Shown here piece after piece: positions 42,522 to 53,586 of a DNA stretch of 64,000 bases. The position numbers and the translations under genes were made by a program. Under the pieces are notes generated by a model. It saw nothing but the letters and a program-made list of their open reading frames with translations, was not told the DNA's origin and did not search any database. The stretch's first letter is position 1, and each line of letters starts with the position of its first letter. The stretch comes from Terriglobia bacterium (GTDB taxonomy: Bacteria; Acidobacteriota; Terriglobia; JAJPHL01; JAPKYU01), in assembly GCA_965206645.1 (NCBI GenBank), contig CBDBKE010000003.1:672001-736000 (forward strand). Direction: 5' to 3'.

Positions 42522-43889
42522 ATGCTGGCTAACCGGTTGTTGGTAGTTGGAGGACAGGGTGCAGGACTGAGTGCGGCCAGCCGGGCGCGCCGGCTGGACT
42601 CGCAGCTGCATATCACCGTCTTGGAACAAGGGCACCATATCTCCTACAGCGCCTGTGGCTTGGCCTATTTACTCAGCGGACAGGTGCGGCGAGCCGAGGA
42701 TCTGCTGGTGTACTCGGCCGAATTTTTTCGGGAGCAGCGCAACATCGAGGTCCTGGTTGGCATGCGGGTGGTTGAGATCGAGCCGGGACAGCGGAGGGTA
42801 CGCGCCCTGGCCGTCGAGACCGGGCAAGAACACCTGTTCCCTTACGACCGGTTGGTTCTGGCAACGGGCACCCGGCCAGACTGGCCCTCCATTCCCGGCA
42901 TGGATTTACCCGGCGTCTTCCAAGGGAACAACCTGGCAGGGACGCTGGCCCTACAGGCCTTCCTGGAAACCGGCCAGCGGCCTCGTCGGGCCGTCGTCCT
43001 GGGCGGTGGCTATATCGGGCTGGAGTACGCCGAGGCGCTGCGCCAGCGAGGTCTGCACGTTGTGGTGCTCCACTGCAGCAGCGAGCTATTGGAGGGATTC
43101 GATCCGGAAATCACCGAGCTGGTGGAACAGAGGCTATTGCAACACGGCGTGGAAGTGTTCAAGGGCACTCCGGCTACCGCGATCCTGGGCCAGGGGCGCC
43201 TGCAGCAGGTGCTCTCTGCCGCCGGGCGGCACGAGGCGGACCTGGCGTTAGTGGCCACCGGCGTTGTGCCACGTTCCGAGGTGGCCCTGGCCGCCGGCCT
43301 GGCCACCGGGGTGAGGGGTGCAATCGTTGTGGATGAGCGGATGCAAACCAGCCTACCCGGCGTCTATGCCGCCGGCGATTGTGCTCATACGGTTCACCTG
43401 GTAACCGGGCGTCCTGTCTACATCCCCTTGGGCACGACCGCAAACAAACAGGGCCGCGTCGCGGGCGAGAATGCCGCCGGTGGCAACGCGCGATTTGCAG
43501 GCATCGTAGGCACCACTGTCACCCGGGTGTTCGAACTGGAGTGCGGCCGCACTGGTTTGTCGGAACCCGAAGCGCGCGCCGGCGGGTTCCGCGTGGTCAC
43601 CGCCGTCATCGAGCACGGGAGCCGTGCCCACTACTTTGGAGCCAAGCAGATGCGGGTGAAGCTGCTGGCTGACCGCGCCAGTGGACGCCTCCTAGGGGGG
43701 CAGCTGGTGGGCGAGGAAGGGGTGGCCAAGCGGGTCGACGTGGTGGCCACGGCCCTGCATGCGCGTATGAATATTGAGCAACTGGCTGGCCTGGACTTGA
43801 GTTATGCGCCGCCGTTCGCCCCGGTTTGGGACCCGCTTCTGATTGCCGCAAATGCTCTGGGCCGGAAACTTCGTGGCGGTCGTGACTGA
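42522..43889 (+). CDS. CoA-disulfide reductase / NADH oxidase family flavoprotein
   Basis: GGQGAG, SYSACG active Cys, GGGYIGLE, DLSYAPPF. Confidence 0.92.
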   Translation: MLANRLLVVGGQGAGLSAASRARRLDSQLHITVLEQGHHISYSACGLAYLLSGQVRRAEDLLVYSAEFFREQRNIEVLVGMRVVEIEPGQRRVRALAVETGQEHLFPYDRLVLATGTRPDWPSIPGMDLPGVFQGNNLAGTLALQAFLETGQRPRRAVVLGGGYIGLEYAEALRQRGLHVVVLHCSSELLEGFDPEITELVEQRLLQHGVEVFKGTPATAILGQGRLQQVLSAAGRHEADLALVATGVVPRSEVALAAGLATGVRGAIVVDERMQTSLPGVYAAGDCAHTVHLVTGRPVYIPLGTTANKQGRVAGENAAGGNARFAGIVGTTVTRVFELECGRTGLSEPEARAGGFRVVTAVIEHGSRAHYFGAKQMRVKLLADRASGRLLGGQLVGEEGVAKRVDVVATALHARMNIEQLAGLDLSYAPPFAPVWDPLLIAANALGRKLRGGRD

Positions 43890-44010
43890 CAGTGGCTTTC
43901 GTGGCTGGCAGTGGCCTGCGCTGACACTGGCCAGCTAGGATAAGCGCCGGCGCAAGTTGACACCTCATGCTCGGCAGTTTATATCCACACTGATAGGGAG
44001 GAAGCGACGT

Positions 44011-44526
44011 ATGAGTGCTTTGGAGGCAGAGTCGCGGGCGGCGGACTTTCTTCTGCCGGGCCTGGACAACAAGACATATTCGTTGGCGGAATCGTTGAAA
44101 GAGGGGCCGGTGCTGGCCGCTTTCTTCAAGTCAAGTTGTCCGGTCTGCCAACTCACCTTTCCATTCCTGGAACGGTTTCAGCGCCATTTCCGCGAAACCA
44201 AGGCGCACATCTGGGCTGTCAGCCAGGATGAGCCGGAGGAGGCGCTAACGTTCGCCACCGAATACGGGCTCAGCATGCCGGTGCTCCTGGAGAATGTAGA
44301 ACACAACTATCCGGTATCAAATGCCTACGGCCTGACTCACGTCCCCACGGTCTTCCTGATCGGTCAGGGCGGTGACATCCTGCAGACCTCGGTCGGTTTC
44401 GTACGCAAAGAGCTGGTCCAGATGGGCCGTAGGCTGGAGATGCTCACCGGCAGAAAGGGTTTCGTGCCTTTTGGGGAAGAGGACGAGGTCCCGGAATGGC
44501 AGTCCGGTTGAAGATCCAAGAACTAG
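44011..44526 (+). CDS. TlpA/AhpC-TSA thioredoxin-fold protein, probable C-terminal Sec (TGA 44509-44511)
   Basis: CPVC; ...EWQSG-TGA-RSKN-TAG; GCCCCC-GTC-GGGGGT hairpin 20 nt after TGA; selC adjacent. Confidence 0.8.
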
Positions 44527-44542
44527 CCCCCGTCGGGGGTTT

Positions 44543-44713
44543 CTAATCCCGGTCGACTTCCCGCAGCAGGTTTTTCTTGTGCTTGGGGGTCTTTCGTTTC
44601 CGCGTATCCGGAATGGGGCGGGAGGGAGGAGGCGTGCCCAGGCGCTCGCGCGCGATCGCCCGAACTTCTTTGCCAGAGCTGAACCGGCGGCGACGCCTAC
44701 CAGAACGAACCAT
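44543..44713 (-). CDS. Small basic hypothetical protein
   Basis: KEVRAIARERLGTPPPSRPIP...KHKK. Confidence 0.65.
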   Translation of the reverse strand: MVRSGRRRRRFSSGKEVRAIARERLGTPPPSRPIPDTRKRKTPKHKKNLLREVDRD

Positions 44714-44850
44714 CGGGTGATCCCAACATGAGGTGATCCCAACATGAACCGAGCGGTACGACAACTGTTTGCCCTTACCTGATCTTCGCGAGCCCTCGCC
44801 GAGGCTCACTCAATCGGCAATCAGCCCATCGGCAATGACTCAATCAGAGA

Positions 44851-44945
44851 TGGCGGAAGGTTATGGGAATCGAACCCATCGCTGCTCGTGAGAAACAGCC
44901 ACCGGCTTTGAAGGCCGGGCGAGTCACCAGACCCGATTACCTTCC
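44851..44945 (-). tRNA. selC: tRNA-Sec (TCA)
   Basis: 95 nt, GGAAGG start, CTTCAAA anticodon loop, long variable arm, GTTCGATTC, GCCA end. Confidence 0.96.
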
Positions 44946-44989
44946 AGGCCCAGTATAGCTCGATATCCGAAGGCGGCAGGCGGTGGCCG

Positions 44990-47464
44990 TCAACGAGAGG
45001 CAGTTCGTTCCAGAGCCCGCTCGGTGTACCGATACACCAGGTGGTTGGTGCATACTTCGTAGTAGCGCCGCTGGGTATACTCCTTCAAGCTGAAGGAGTG
45101 GGCATCCACAAAGGGAATCTGCGCTTCGCGCACCACCAGCCGCTGGAACACTTCGTTGGGCAAGGGGAAGGCACCACAGTGCAGCGTCACCTTTTCCGGC
45201 TGCCAGAGCAGGGGCATCTCCAGCTCGACCGGCTGGAGCGAAATCTCCTCTTGCAGTTTGTCAAACGCCTCCTCGCTCAGGCAAATCCCGGTGTTGTAGC
45301 GGACCAGGAACTCTTCCATGGCGCCTGCGGCGGCCTCTTCGGTGATGGTCTGGAACACGAACGCCCGGAAGAGCGACTGCTTGCTATCCAGCGCGCGGCG
45401 GGCCAGCTTGCTGCACCCGCTGAGCCGGTCGGCCAGGTTGATGGCCGAGGAGATCATGATCCGGGTCTCGCCGTCCAGCAGGTACATGGGCGTCGAGTTC
45501 TGCCAGCAGATTCCTATGCCAATCTCCAGCCGCGGCAAGTCCGCCTTCTCGGCCCTCGCATTGTACTGCTCGACCACGGCCATGATCTCCCGCGCCAAGC
45601 CACAGGCCCGGGCCACGGGATAACCGCCCAGCGCCGCACCTTATTTCTCGAACATTGCCAGAATCACCGCGTCGCCCTCAATGAACACCTTCTCACCGGC
45701 GTACTTGGGCAGCAGCTTGTTCAGCGGTTGGTAAAAGTTCAGACTGAAGTGGCTGGCCGGATTCAGGCCGCGGGCGAACAGGTCGGCGGTGAGCCGGGTG
45801 GAGTCACGCACGTCGGCTTTCAGAATCACGTGGCCTAGTATCTGTTCGCCCTGCGGCTTGTCCTCCGCCGGCAGCAGGAACTCGTACAGGGTGTTGTTGA
45901 TTCGGGAAAGCTGCCGGGTTTTTTCCTCAAATAGCAGGTTGACCCGCTCCATCAGGCCTTGCAGGGCCTGTAGTAGGCAATTGTCGCGGTGGTGCCGCAG
46001 GAAATCGCGAACGAAGCGAACGAGAAAGGCGCGGAGGTCACGTGGTTGATAGGTACGCACTCGCGCGGCGGCCTCTTCCAGGGTGCCTACGCTGGCCCGG
46101 GTCAGCTTGTAATGCGTGATCAGGTCGGTCACCTTCTTGAGTTCGGAAGGGTCCAGGAGGGCGCGTTTCAGTTGCTGCGGATGGATCGGCGGGCAGTAGT
46201 CCTGGTAGACGTTCGCCGTCTCGTAGGCGGCGGCGAAGCAGGGCAATAGCCCCAACTGCTGCGCTGCGTTATAAAATTCATCAACTAGCTGGCGCTGGAT
46301 CTCTAGCCTTTCCTTCAGGGCGCTCAGTTCTTTCCGCGGTGCCTTTCGCGCCTGCGCCTCAGCCAGCAGTTGCTCGGTGCGCACAGTACCGAGCAGCTGC
46401 TCCACATTTTCGGGGACGTTGAGCATCTCCGTCAGGTGCGCGTCGTAGGCTTCCGTCAACAGCCGCAGTTGTTCGGCCGACTGCCTCAGTTGTCTCTCCG
46501 GCTCCTCCAGGCGCCCCGCAAGATCGGGAGAGGCCGGAGGCGGGGTCTCGGGGCGGGGACCGAAGAGGCGTCCCAATCCCAATCCCAGCCCGCGCTCGGG
46601 AGGCTGGAGCTGGTCGCGCAGAGATGAGGTCCGGCTGGCCAATTGGTGATACTCCTGCTGACGGGTCTCCAGCTCGCGCGCCTCCGGTCCGACTGCGTCC
46701 ACCCCCTTGAGCATGGACTTCAGCCAGCGCTCCACGGATTCGTACAGGTCCGGGTCGCGGTGGAAGTTGCCCAACATGACGTACTTGGTTAGCTGAATGT
46801 AATCGTCACGGCCGGTTTCGGTGAACACCAACGGGTGAGAAAAGTAGGTGAACCAGGGACTGGCTTCGTCGCCGAAAAAGGATTCGCGCGTCTTGCGGAC
46901 CACACCAGCCTGCACTTCGTTAGCCAGCGACAGTAGTTCATTCGAAACGCGTCGGAAGACGTTCTTCTTGTCGGCCTGAAACTCGCTGAAGATTTCCTTC
47001 AGTTGGAAGGCGCGCAAGTTCCGATCGTGGCGCGGCCCTTCATACATCCGCAGCTTGTTCTTGCCCTCCATCTGGATGCGGCCGTACTGTTGCTGCACTT
47101 CCCAGCTCAGGTACTTGAAGAGGGCGACGTTTCCCAATAGGTCGATGTCGGGGTTGCGCGCCTCCTTGGCGTGACTGAGCGCACTGAGCAGTACCTCCTG
47201 CAACAGACGCTTGAATTCGTTGCGCTCCTGCGGCTTGGGCGGGCCCGGGTTCTGCTCCGCCAGCTCAGGCGCGCGGCTGTGCTTCATAAAGAGCTTGAGA
47301 ATGTAGCCCCTGGTGAAGCCGATGAAGCGGGAGCTCAGGTGGACGTCGTGGCGGACGTTGTCCACGCCCGGCACTAGCGATGGAAAGCGCAGGTCCGGCG
47401 CGGACCCGGCGAGGCGAACCGCCGCATACACGCGTTCCGGGCTGGAACGGGAGAACAGCGGCAT
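44990..47464 (-). pseudogene. Class III nucleotidyl-cyclase-like protein with in-frame TAA at 45641-45643
   Basis: KADVRDST, FIEGDA, then EIGIGI, AINLADRLSG in the same frame after the stop. Confidence 0.75.
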
Positions 47465-47872
47465 CGTTTCGGCAGTCTAGCAGAAAAACCGCGACCGGAG
47501 AGCAACAGAACACTGAGGGCCAAGTTCAAGTTGGAACCGGGAAGCTATGGTTTAGCCAGCGCTTCCTTGTTGCCAGCCATCCTTGCCAGCCCATCACACA
47601 CAGTGAGTTGCACCAAGCCAAAGAGATGGGAAAAATAGGGGTGCGCGGGAGAGTGATTTCCCGCCCGCAAGAACCCGTGATGGGGACGTGATCGAAATTG
47701 CCAGGGTCAAACTGCCGTTCAGTTTAAGAAAGTAGAGTCGAACACTCACTCACTCGCCCACCAGCCACGCGAACTAGCTCCGCACACAGCATTCTGCTGA
47801 AGGATCCCCGACGGATCGGGGGGCCACCAGTGATGGCGGCCCTGTCATCGAAGCAGCTCTGCCCGGGGCCGG

Positions 47873-48055
47873 CTATGAGGCTCGAAACAGCAGCGGACGT
47901 GCGCGGATGGCTTCCCCCGCTGCCTCCAGAGCCGCAAGTTCGCTGTCCATCACCGCAAGCCGCCGGGAAAAGCCGGCGCAACTCCAGCAAGCGGCTCGCT
48001 TCATCTCATCCCGCGTCATCAGGAGTTCTCCGCAGGCGCATTGGTTTGGTTTCAT
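47873..48055 (-). CDS. 60-aa CxC...CxxC small protein
   Basis: GGAGGT SD 5 nt before ATG; Zn-ribbon-like Cys pattern. Confidence 0.5.
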   Translation of the reverse strand: MKPNQCACGELLMTRDEMKRAACWSCAGFSRRLAVMDSELAALEAAGEAIRARPLLFRAS

Positions 48056-48204
48056 CTTTCACCTCCAACGCCTGCAAAGATATGCGCGCTCCACCCGACT
48101 GGCAATAGAACGCCCGTCTCATTTTGCGTGGAACTGCAGTACTGAGCCCGCCCACCCCGATGGTACTGCGTGTCCTAGCTGGCCCGAACCGCGCTGGCTC
48201 CCGC

Positions 48205-48750
<546 letters not shown>

Positions 48751-48928
48751 ATGCCTACCTCCAGTTTCTTGCAATTTCGGGATTCGCACAGGATTCCGTC
48801 CATGCGTTCGTTCCTTGCACGACCCCCGAATTATGCACCTAAATCCTGGCTTCGTCCAGTTTCTGGTAGCGGACACTCCAGTGCGGCAAGCGTCCTGCAT
48901 GGGCGGTGCGAGTTTACGGCTTTCCATC

Positions 48929-48957
48929 TTGACACCACGAGGACCCGAAGCTAGGAT
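48929..48957 (+). promoter_or_regulatory. sigma70 promoter
   Basis: TTGACA-N17-TAGGAT. Confidence 0.75.
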
Positions 48958-48963
48958 GCCCCT

Positions 48964-49160
48964 ACACGAGAAAGGAGGTGGTCGATGTTGCAGGATTCAT
49001 TATGTAGGGCCCGTGAGGTGGTCGCGCCTTAAGGCGGAATTTGCCTCAGAGCCGTCGTGTTTTCTTTCTGCTTGCCTGTGGCTGTAAAATTCCGCCCCAG
49101 GTAGTCTCACGCGGCTACCGGCGCCGGGCAGAAGGGGTCGGCCCTTCGGCCCGGCGTTTT
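48964..49160 (+). ncRNA. Candidate structured RNA of about 200 nt with 15-aa ORF (48985-49032)
   Basis: Promoter, AAAGGAGGTG SD, three hairpins, terminator. Confidence 0.55.
49122..49160 (+). terminator. Intrinsic terminator
   Basis: CGCCGGGC-AGAAGGG...CCCTTC-GGCCCGGCG-TTTT. Confidence 0.7.
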
Positions 49161-49267
49161 GCTTCTATCAGGGTGCTGGAAAACTAGCGGCTGGGGCCGC
49201 CCAGAACCGCTTGCTGACGCGCGCAGTTCCTTAACTGTAACCACTTGCCAAGCCGCAACCCACTGAT

Positions 49268-50341
49268 CTAAAACAGCTTGAACTTGATGGTCAGATACTT
49301 TTTCGGGTCCTTCCGGAAGTCGGCGATCAGGCCGCGCATCTCCAGGCTGAAGGTATTAACGTTCTCATAAAAAGCCTGGTCATGAAGGAACCTGCCGAAG
49401 GAACCCTCACCGCGTTCCAGCCGGGCGGCGATCTTGTCAATACGGTCCATCGCGGAATTGGCTCGGTTGTAAAACGACTCGTCCTTCAACAGCCGGCCGA
49501 CCGTCCCACGCCCAGCGTTCACGTCAGTTACCACACGATTGGCCCGGGTCATCAACTGGTCGGCGTTTTCGTAGAGCCCGGGATCATAGATGAACCTGCC
49601 CAAGGAACCCTTGCCCTCGTGCACTTCGTCAAGCACTCCGTCCACTTTCGTCACGCTGCTTCGGATCTCGTTGTACAGATCCTCGGTCATGAGCAGCTTG
49701 CCCAGGGTCCCCTTTCCCGCAGCAGCATTGGCAATTAGAAGGCGCGCGTCATTCACGGTCTGGTCCGCCTTCCGCCACAGCGCCTCGTCGTAGAGGAGCT
49801 TTCCCAGACTGCCTTCTCCGGACTCGACCTGCTCTATAACGCGGTCCACACGCCCCGCGATGCGGTTGAGTTTGGTCATTGCGTCGGCGCCCGTAGCTAG
49901 GACCTCACTGAGTTCCGGGGTTTCCTTGAGCTTGATCTCCCCGCCGGCCTGGATCAGCGGCTGCCCGGGACTACCCCGCGTAATATTGACGAAGCGTTGG
50001 CCCAGCAGCCCTTCGGCATCCAGCCTGGCCAGGGAGTCGGTGCGCAGTTCCTGCTGATACTTGCGCAGGATGCGCATGACCACCTCCACTGAGCGGTCGG
50101 TCTCGTGGCTGCCAGAGATGCGGATTTCCGCCACGTTGCCCACGTCAATGCCGGTCAGGCGCACCGGGTCGCCGGTCTTCAGCCCGGCGGCGTCCGCCAT
50201 GAAGACGCTGATGAGATATTTGCGCTCCAACAGGCCTTCGCCGGTCATCAGGAAGACCACGGTGGCAAAAATGATCAGGCTGGTCAGGACCAACAGGCCA
50301 ACGCGCAGTTGGGTCCACTGAAGTTGCTTGGGTTGCGGCAT
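49268..50341 (-). CDS. mlaD: MlaD/MCE family protein
   Basis: N-terminal TM, GLKTGDPVRLTGIDVG, GLLGQRFV, G(T/S)LG(K/R)L repeats. Confidence 0.9.
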   Translation of the reverse strand: MPQPKQLQWTQLRVGLLVLTSLIIFATVVFLMTGEGLLERKYLISVFMADAAGLKTGDPVRLTGIDVGNVAEIRISGSHETDRSVEVVMRILRKYQQELRTDSLARLDAEGLLGQRFVNITRGSPGQPLIQAGGEIKLKETPELSEVLATGADAMTKLNRIAGRVDRVIEQVESGEGSLGKLLYDEALWRKADQTVNDARLLIANAAAGKGTLGKLLMTEDLYNEIRSSVTKVDGVLDEVHEGKGSLGRFIYDPGLYENADQLMTRANRVVTDVNAGRGTVGRLLKDESFYNRANSAMDRIDKIAARLERGEGSFGRFLHDQAFYENVNTFSLEMRGLIADFRKDPKKYLTIKFKLF

Positions 50342-50359
50342 GGGACCTCCTCAAGGAAA

Positions 50360-51175
50360 CTACAAGACAAATTTTCGCACGTATGAGTCCTGCGAGCGAA
50401 ACAGTTCCTGATGGCTGCCGTCGAAGACGATTTCGCCTTCGCGCAGGACCAAGAACGAAGTGTTGGTGTCCACCTGTCGACCGTCGGAATCAGCGGGCAG
50501 CAGGCGACCAGCCGTTTCATCAAAATAGTAGTTGGCCACCACGTCGGCGTCCTGGAGGCGGTGCGTCACCAGCAGGCTGCTGACGTCCTGCAGGTCGCCC
50601 AGCCGGATGATCAACGAGACGATGGTGCGGCTGGTGACCGGGTCCAGGCCGCCGGTGGGCGAATCGTAGAGCATCAGCGGCGGCTCGCCGACGAAAGCCC
50701 GAGCAATCGCCACCCGGCGGCGCATGCCCCCGGACAGCTCCGAGGTCAGTTTTTGCATGGCGTCTTCCAGGTCCACAAAGCACAGCGCCTGGCGCACCCG
50801 TCGCTCCTCCTCCTCGGGCGGTAGGGCCCGGTCCCCCTGGAAGACGTAGCCGACGTTCTCGGCCACACTGAGCGAGTCGAACAGCGCGCTTTCCTGGAAC
50901 ACCATGCCGATTTTCCCGCGGATGGGATACAGCTCCCGCTCACGCAACTCCGTGATGTCCTGTCCAAACACCGAGACGCGACCCGAATCGGGACGGAACA
51001 GCCCCAGCGCCGTCTTCAGCAATACCGATTTTCCCGAGGCCGTGGCTCCCAGTAGCACCTTGGTTTCACTGCGCGCGAGCCGGAAGCTGATGTTGCGCAG
51101 CACGGGCGCATCGTCCAGGGTCAGTCGGACCCGGTCGAACTCCAGCATCACCTCCGAACTGCGCTTCAGCGCCAC
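50360..51175 (-). CDS. mlaF: MlaF-like ABC ATPase
   Basis: GATASGKS, FQESALFDS, LSGGMRRR. Confidence 0.9.
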   Translation of the reverse strand: MALKRSSEVMLEFDRVRLTLDDAPVLRNISFRLARSETKVLLGATASGKSVLLKTALGLFRPDSGRVSVFGQDITELRERELYPIRGKIGMVFQESALFDSLSVAENVGYVFQGDRALPPEEEERRVRQALCFVDLEDAMQKLTSELSGGMRRRVAIARAFVGEPPLMLYDSPTGGLDPVTSRTIVSLIIRLGDLQDVSSLLVTHRLQDADVVANYYFDETAGRLLPADSDGRQVDTNTSFLVLREGEIVFDGSHQELFRSQDSYVRKFVL

Positions 51176-51954
51176 TACATGACGGCCAGGAGGAACTTGG
51201 TAATGAAGAAATCGGTAGCCAGGATCAGCACCGAAGCGGCCACCACCGCCTGGGTCGTCGAGCGTCCCACCCCCTCGGTGCCGCCACGGGTGGTCAGTCC
51301 GAAATAACAGCCCACCACGGAGATGATGAAACCGAAGACGAACGGCTTCACCAGGCCCTGGAACACGTCTTCGAATTCCAGGGCCTGATAGGCGCTGGTC
51401 CAGTACTGGATCGGGTCCATTCGGATGATGAAGAAGGAGACCACGAAGCCGCCGACCAGACCCACGAAATCGGCGATCACCGTCAGCAGCGGCAACATCG
51501 TCACTGTAGCCACCACCCGAGGGGTCACCAGTTTCTTGCTGGGGTCGGTGCCCAGGGCGCGCATGGCGTCTATCTGCTCGCTCACCACCATGGAGCCCAG
51601 CTCACTGGCCATGCCAGAACTGTTGCGCCCGGCCACCATCAACGCCGTCAGAACCGGTCCCAGCTCTTTGACTAGCGACAGGGCCACCAGTTGACCGGCG
51701 AGGGAGACAGCGCCGAAAGTTTGCAGCATCTGGGAGGTCTGCAACGCCAGCACCGCCCCGGTGAAGAACCCGGCCAGGATCGCAATAGGCAGCGAGCCTA
51801 CACCGATGATGTCCATCTGGACCAGAATGTCGGCCCAATAACGGGGGCGGGAGAAGAGGTTTCCGATGGCCCGCGCGCCCAGAAAGGTGAACTCCTGGAC
51901 GGCGAAGACTTTGCCTTTGGCAAAATCGGCAGGCAGGGTGAAGATGCGGTTCAA
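51175..51954 (-). CDS. mlaE: MlaE-family ABC permease
   Basis: [25 protein letters not shown]. Confidence 0.92.
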   Translation of the reverse strand: MNRIFTLPADFAKGKVFAVQEFTFLGARAIGNLFSRPRYWADILVQMDIIGVGSLPIAILAGFFTGAVLALQTSQMLQTFGAVSLAGQLVALSLVKELGPVLTALMVAGRNSSGMASELGSMVVSEQIDAMRALGTDPSKKLVTPRVVATVTMLPLLTVIADFVGLVGGFVVSFFIIRMDPIQYWTSAYQALEFEDVFQGLVKPFVFGFIISVVGCYFGLTTRGGTEGVGRSTTQAVVAASVLILATDFFITKFLLAVM

Positions 51955-52059
51955 GGTGATTCGTTTTTTCTCACCGCGCGGCTTCCAAATTCCAATGTAA
52001 CACAAACTGCCCGCTCCGACGCACGCGCTCCCAGCGGTACAATAGAATGCCAACGCGCG

Positions 52060-53199
52060 ATGAGTACCCCTATCCTAGGCATCGAGTCCTCTTGCGATGA
52101 GACGGCAGCCGCGGTCGTCGAACAGGGGTCGCGCGTGCTCTCCAATGTAGTGGCATCGCAGATCGCCACTCATCAGCCCTATGGCGGAGTGGTGCCCGAA
52201 CTGGCGTCGCGAGAGCACCTGAAGGCCATCGTGCCGATCGTCGGCAGGGCATTGGCGGAAGCCGGAATCGGCTGCGACGGGCTGGAGGCGGTCGCCGTCA
52301 CCCAGGGGCCCGGACTGGTCGGCTCCTTGCTGGTGGGGGTGACTTACGGCAAGGCGTTGGCCTTCTCGCGGAGCTTGCCGTTGATCAGCGTCAACCACCT
52401 GGAAGGCCACATCCACGCGGTGCTGCTAGAGCAGCGACTGGCGGGCAGCCCGGAGGTGGAGTTGCCGGCTCTGGCCCTGGTCGTCAGCGGCGGCCACACT
52501 CTAACTTGCCTGGTGGAGCGGGAGAGTGGCCGCTTCCGGTACCCGGTGCTGGGCAGGACCCGCGACGATGCAGCCGGCGAAGCCTTCGACAAAGTGGCTA
52601 AGCTTCTGGGGCTCGGCTATCCGGGCGGCCCAGTCATTGACCGCCTGGCTGCTCACGGCAATCCCCACGCGGTGCGCTTCACCCCGCCAAAGATCAAGGG
52701 CAACTCACTGGATTTTAGCTTCAGCGGCATCAAGACTGCCGTGCTGCGCTATGTGGAATCCCATGCGCTGGCCGCGGAAATCGAGCGCCGCCGCGTCCGG
52801 CTCGAGCGCCAACCCCTGGCCCCGATTGAATCTTTCCTGAAGCTCCCGACTGAATCTTTTCTGGAGCTATCGAGCCCGACCACGCTGGATCTGGTGGCCA
52901 GCTTCCAGCACTCTGTGGTCGAGCAACTGGTGGAGCGCACACTGGCTGCCGCCCAACTGCGCGACGTGCGCGCGATCATTGTTTCGGGCGGCGTGGCCTG
53001 CAATTCCCTGCTGCGCGCGCGCTTCCAGCAGCTCCCTGGCAACCGGCGGATTCCCGTGTTCTTCCCCAGCATGGCCCTTTCCACCGACAACGCAGTGATG
53101 ATCGCTGCGGCCGCCTATCCCAAGTTTCTGGCCCAGGATTTCGCCGGCTTCGACCTGCCCGCAGAGCCGGGCTTGCCGCTGGACGGAAGCGGCGGCTGA
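52060..53199 (+). CDS. tsaD: t6A transferase TsaD
   Basis: [43 protein letters not shown]. Confidence 0.96.
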   Translation: MSTPILGIESSCDETAAAVVEQGSRVLSNVVASQIATHQPYGGVVPELASREHLKAIVPIVGRALAEAGIGCDGLEAVAVTQGPGLVGSLLVGVTYGKALAFSRSLPLISVNHLEGHIHAVLLEQRLAGSPEVELPALALVVSGGHTLTCLVERESGRFRYPVLGRTRDDAAGEAFDKVAKLLGLGYPGGPVIDRLAAHGNPHAVRFTPPKIKGNSLDFSFSGIKTAVLRYVESHALAAEIERRRVRLERQPLAPIESFLKLPTESFLELSSPTTLDLVASFQHSVVEQLVERTLAAAQLRDVRAIIVSGGVACNSLLRARFQQLPGNRRIPVFFPSMALSTDNAVMIAAAAYPKFLAQDFAGFDLPAEPGLPLDGSGG

Positions 53200-53244
53200 T
53201 GGGCAGCCCTGGCGACGGGTGCCTTTTGGGGCGGCGATGCGTGC

Positions 53245-53568
53245 TTATTTGGCGCGGAACACGACCCAGGAGAAGACGATCGCAGCCAGGACGCTAATGA
53301 TCAGAAAGATTCCAGTGGGGATGAAGTTTCCGGTCTTGGCTACCCGCATGGAGAAATTGACCGTCAGCAACAGCGCCGCCACCGAAGCGATGGCAAACCC
53401 CGGCCGTGGGCGGGTGCGGGACACGGCGAAGGCGCCCAGCAGCACGATCGCGCTGCCGAAGCCCCCGATGAGGGAGGCGGTGCTTCCGGCGGCGCGGTAG
53501 CCCATGATGCCGCCGATCACCGTCAACGCAGCGTAAGTCAGAAGAGCAATCGTCGCAAATCTGGTCAT
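53245..53568 (-). CDS. TMEM14-family membrane protein
   Basis: YAAL...GGIMGY..AGS.ASL pattern with four TMs. Confidence 0.8.
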   Translation of the reverse strand: MTRFATIALLTYAALTVIGGIMGYRAAGSTASLIGGFGSAIVLLGAFAVSRTRPRPGFAIASVAALLLTVNFSMRVAKTGNFIPTGIFLIISVLAAIVFSWVVFRAK

Positions 53569-53586
53569 TGCCTGACTCTAATACTA

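Noticed and set aside
44750-44851. Genomic island integrated at selC
   Set aside because: No integrase and no duplicated tRNA 3' end seen; flanks look like core genes
45641-45643. Third selenoprotein next to selC
   Set aside because: The stop is TAA, not TGA
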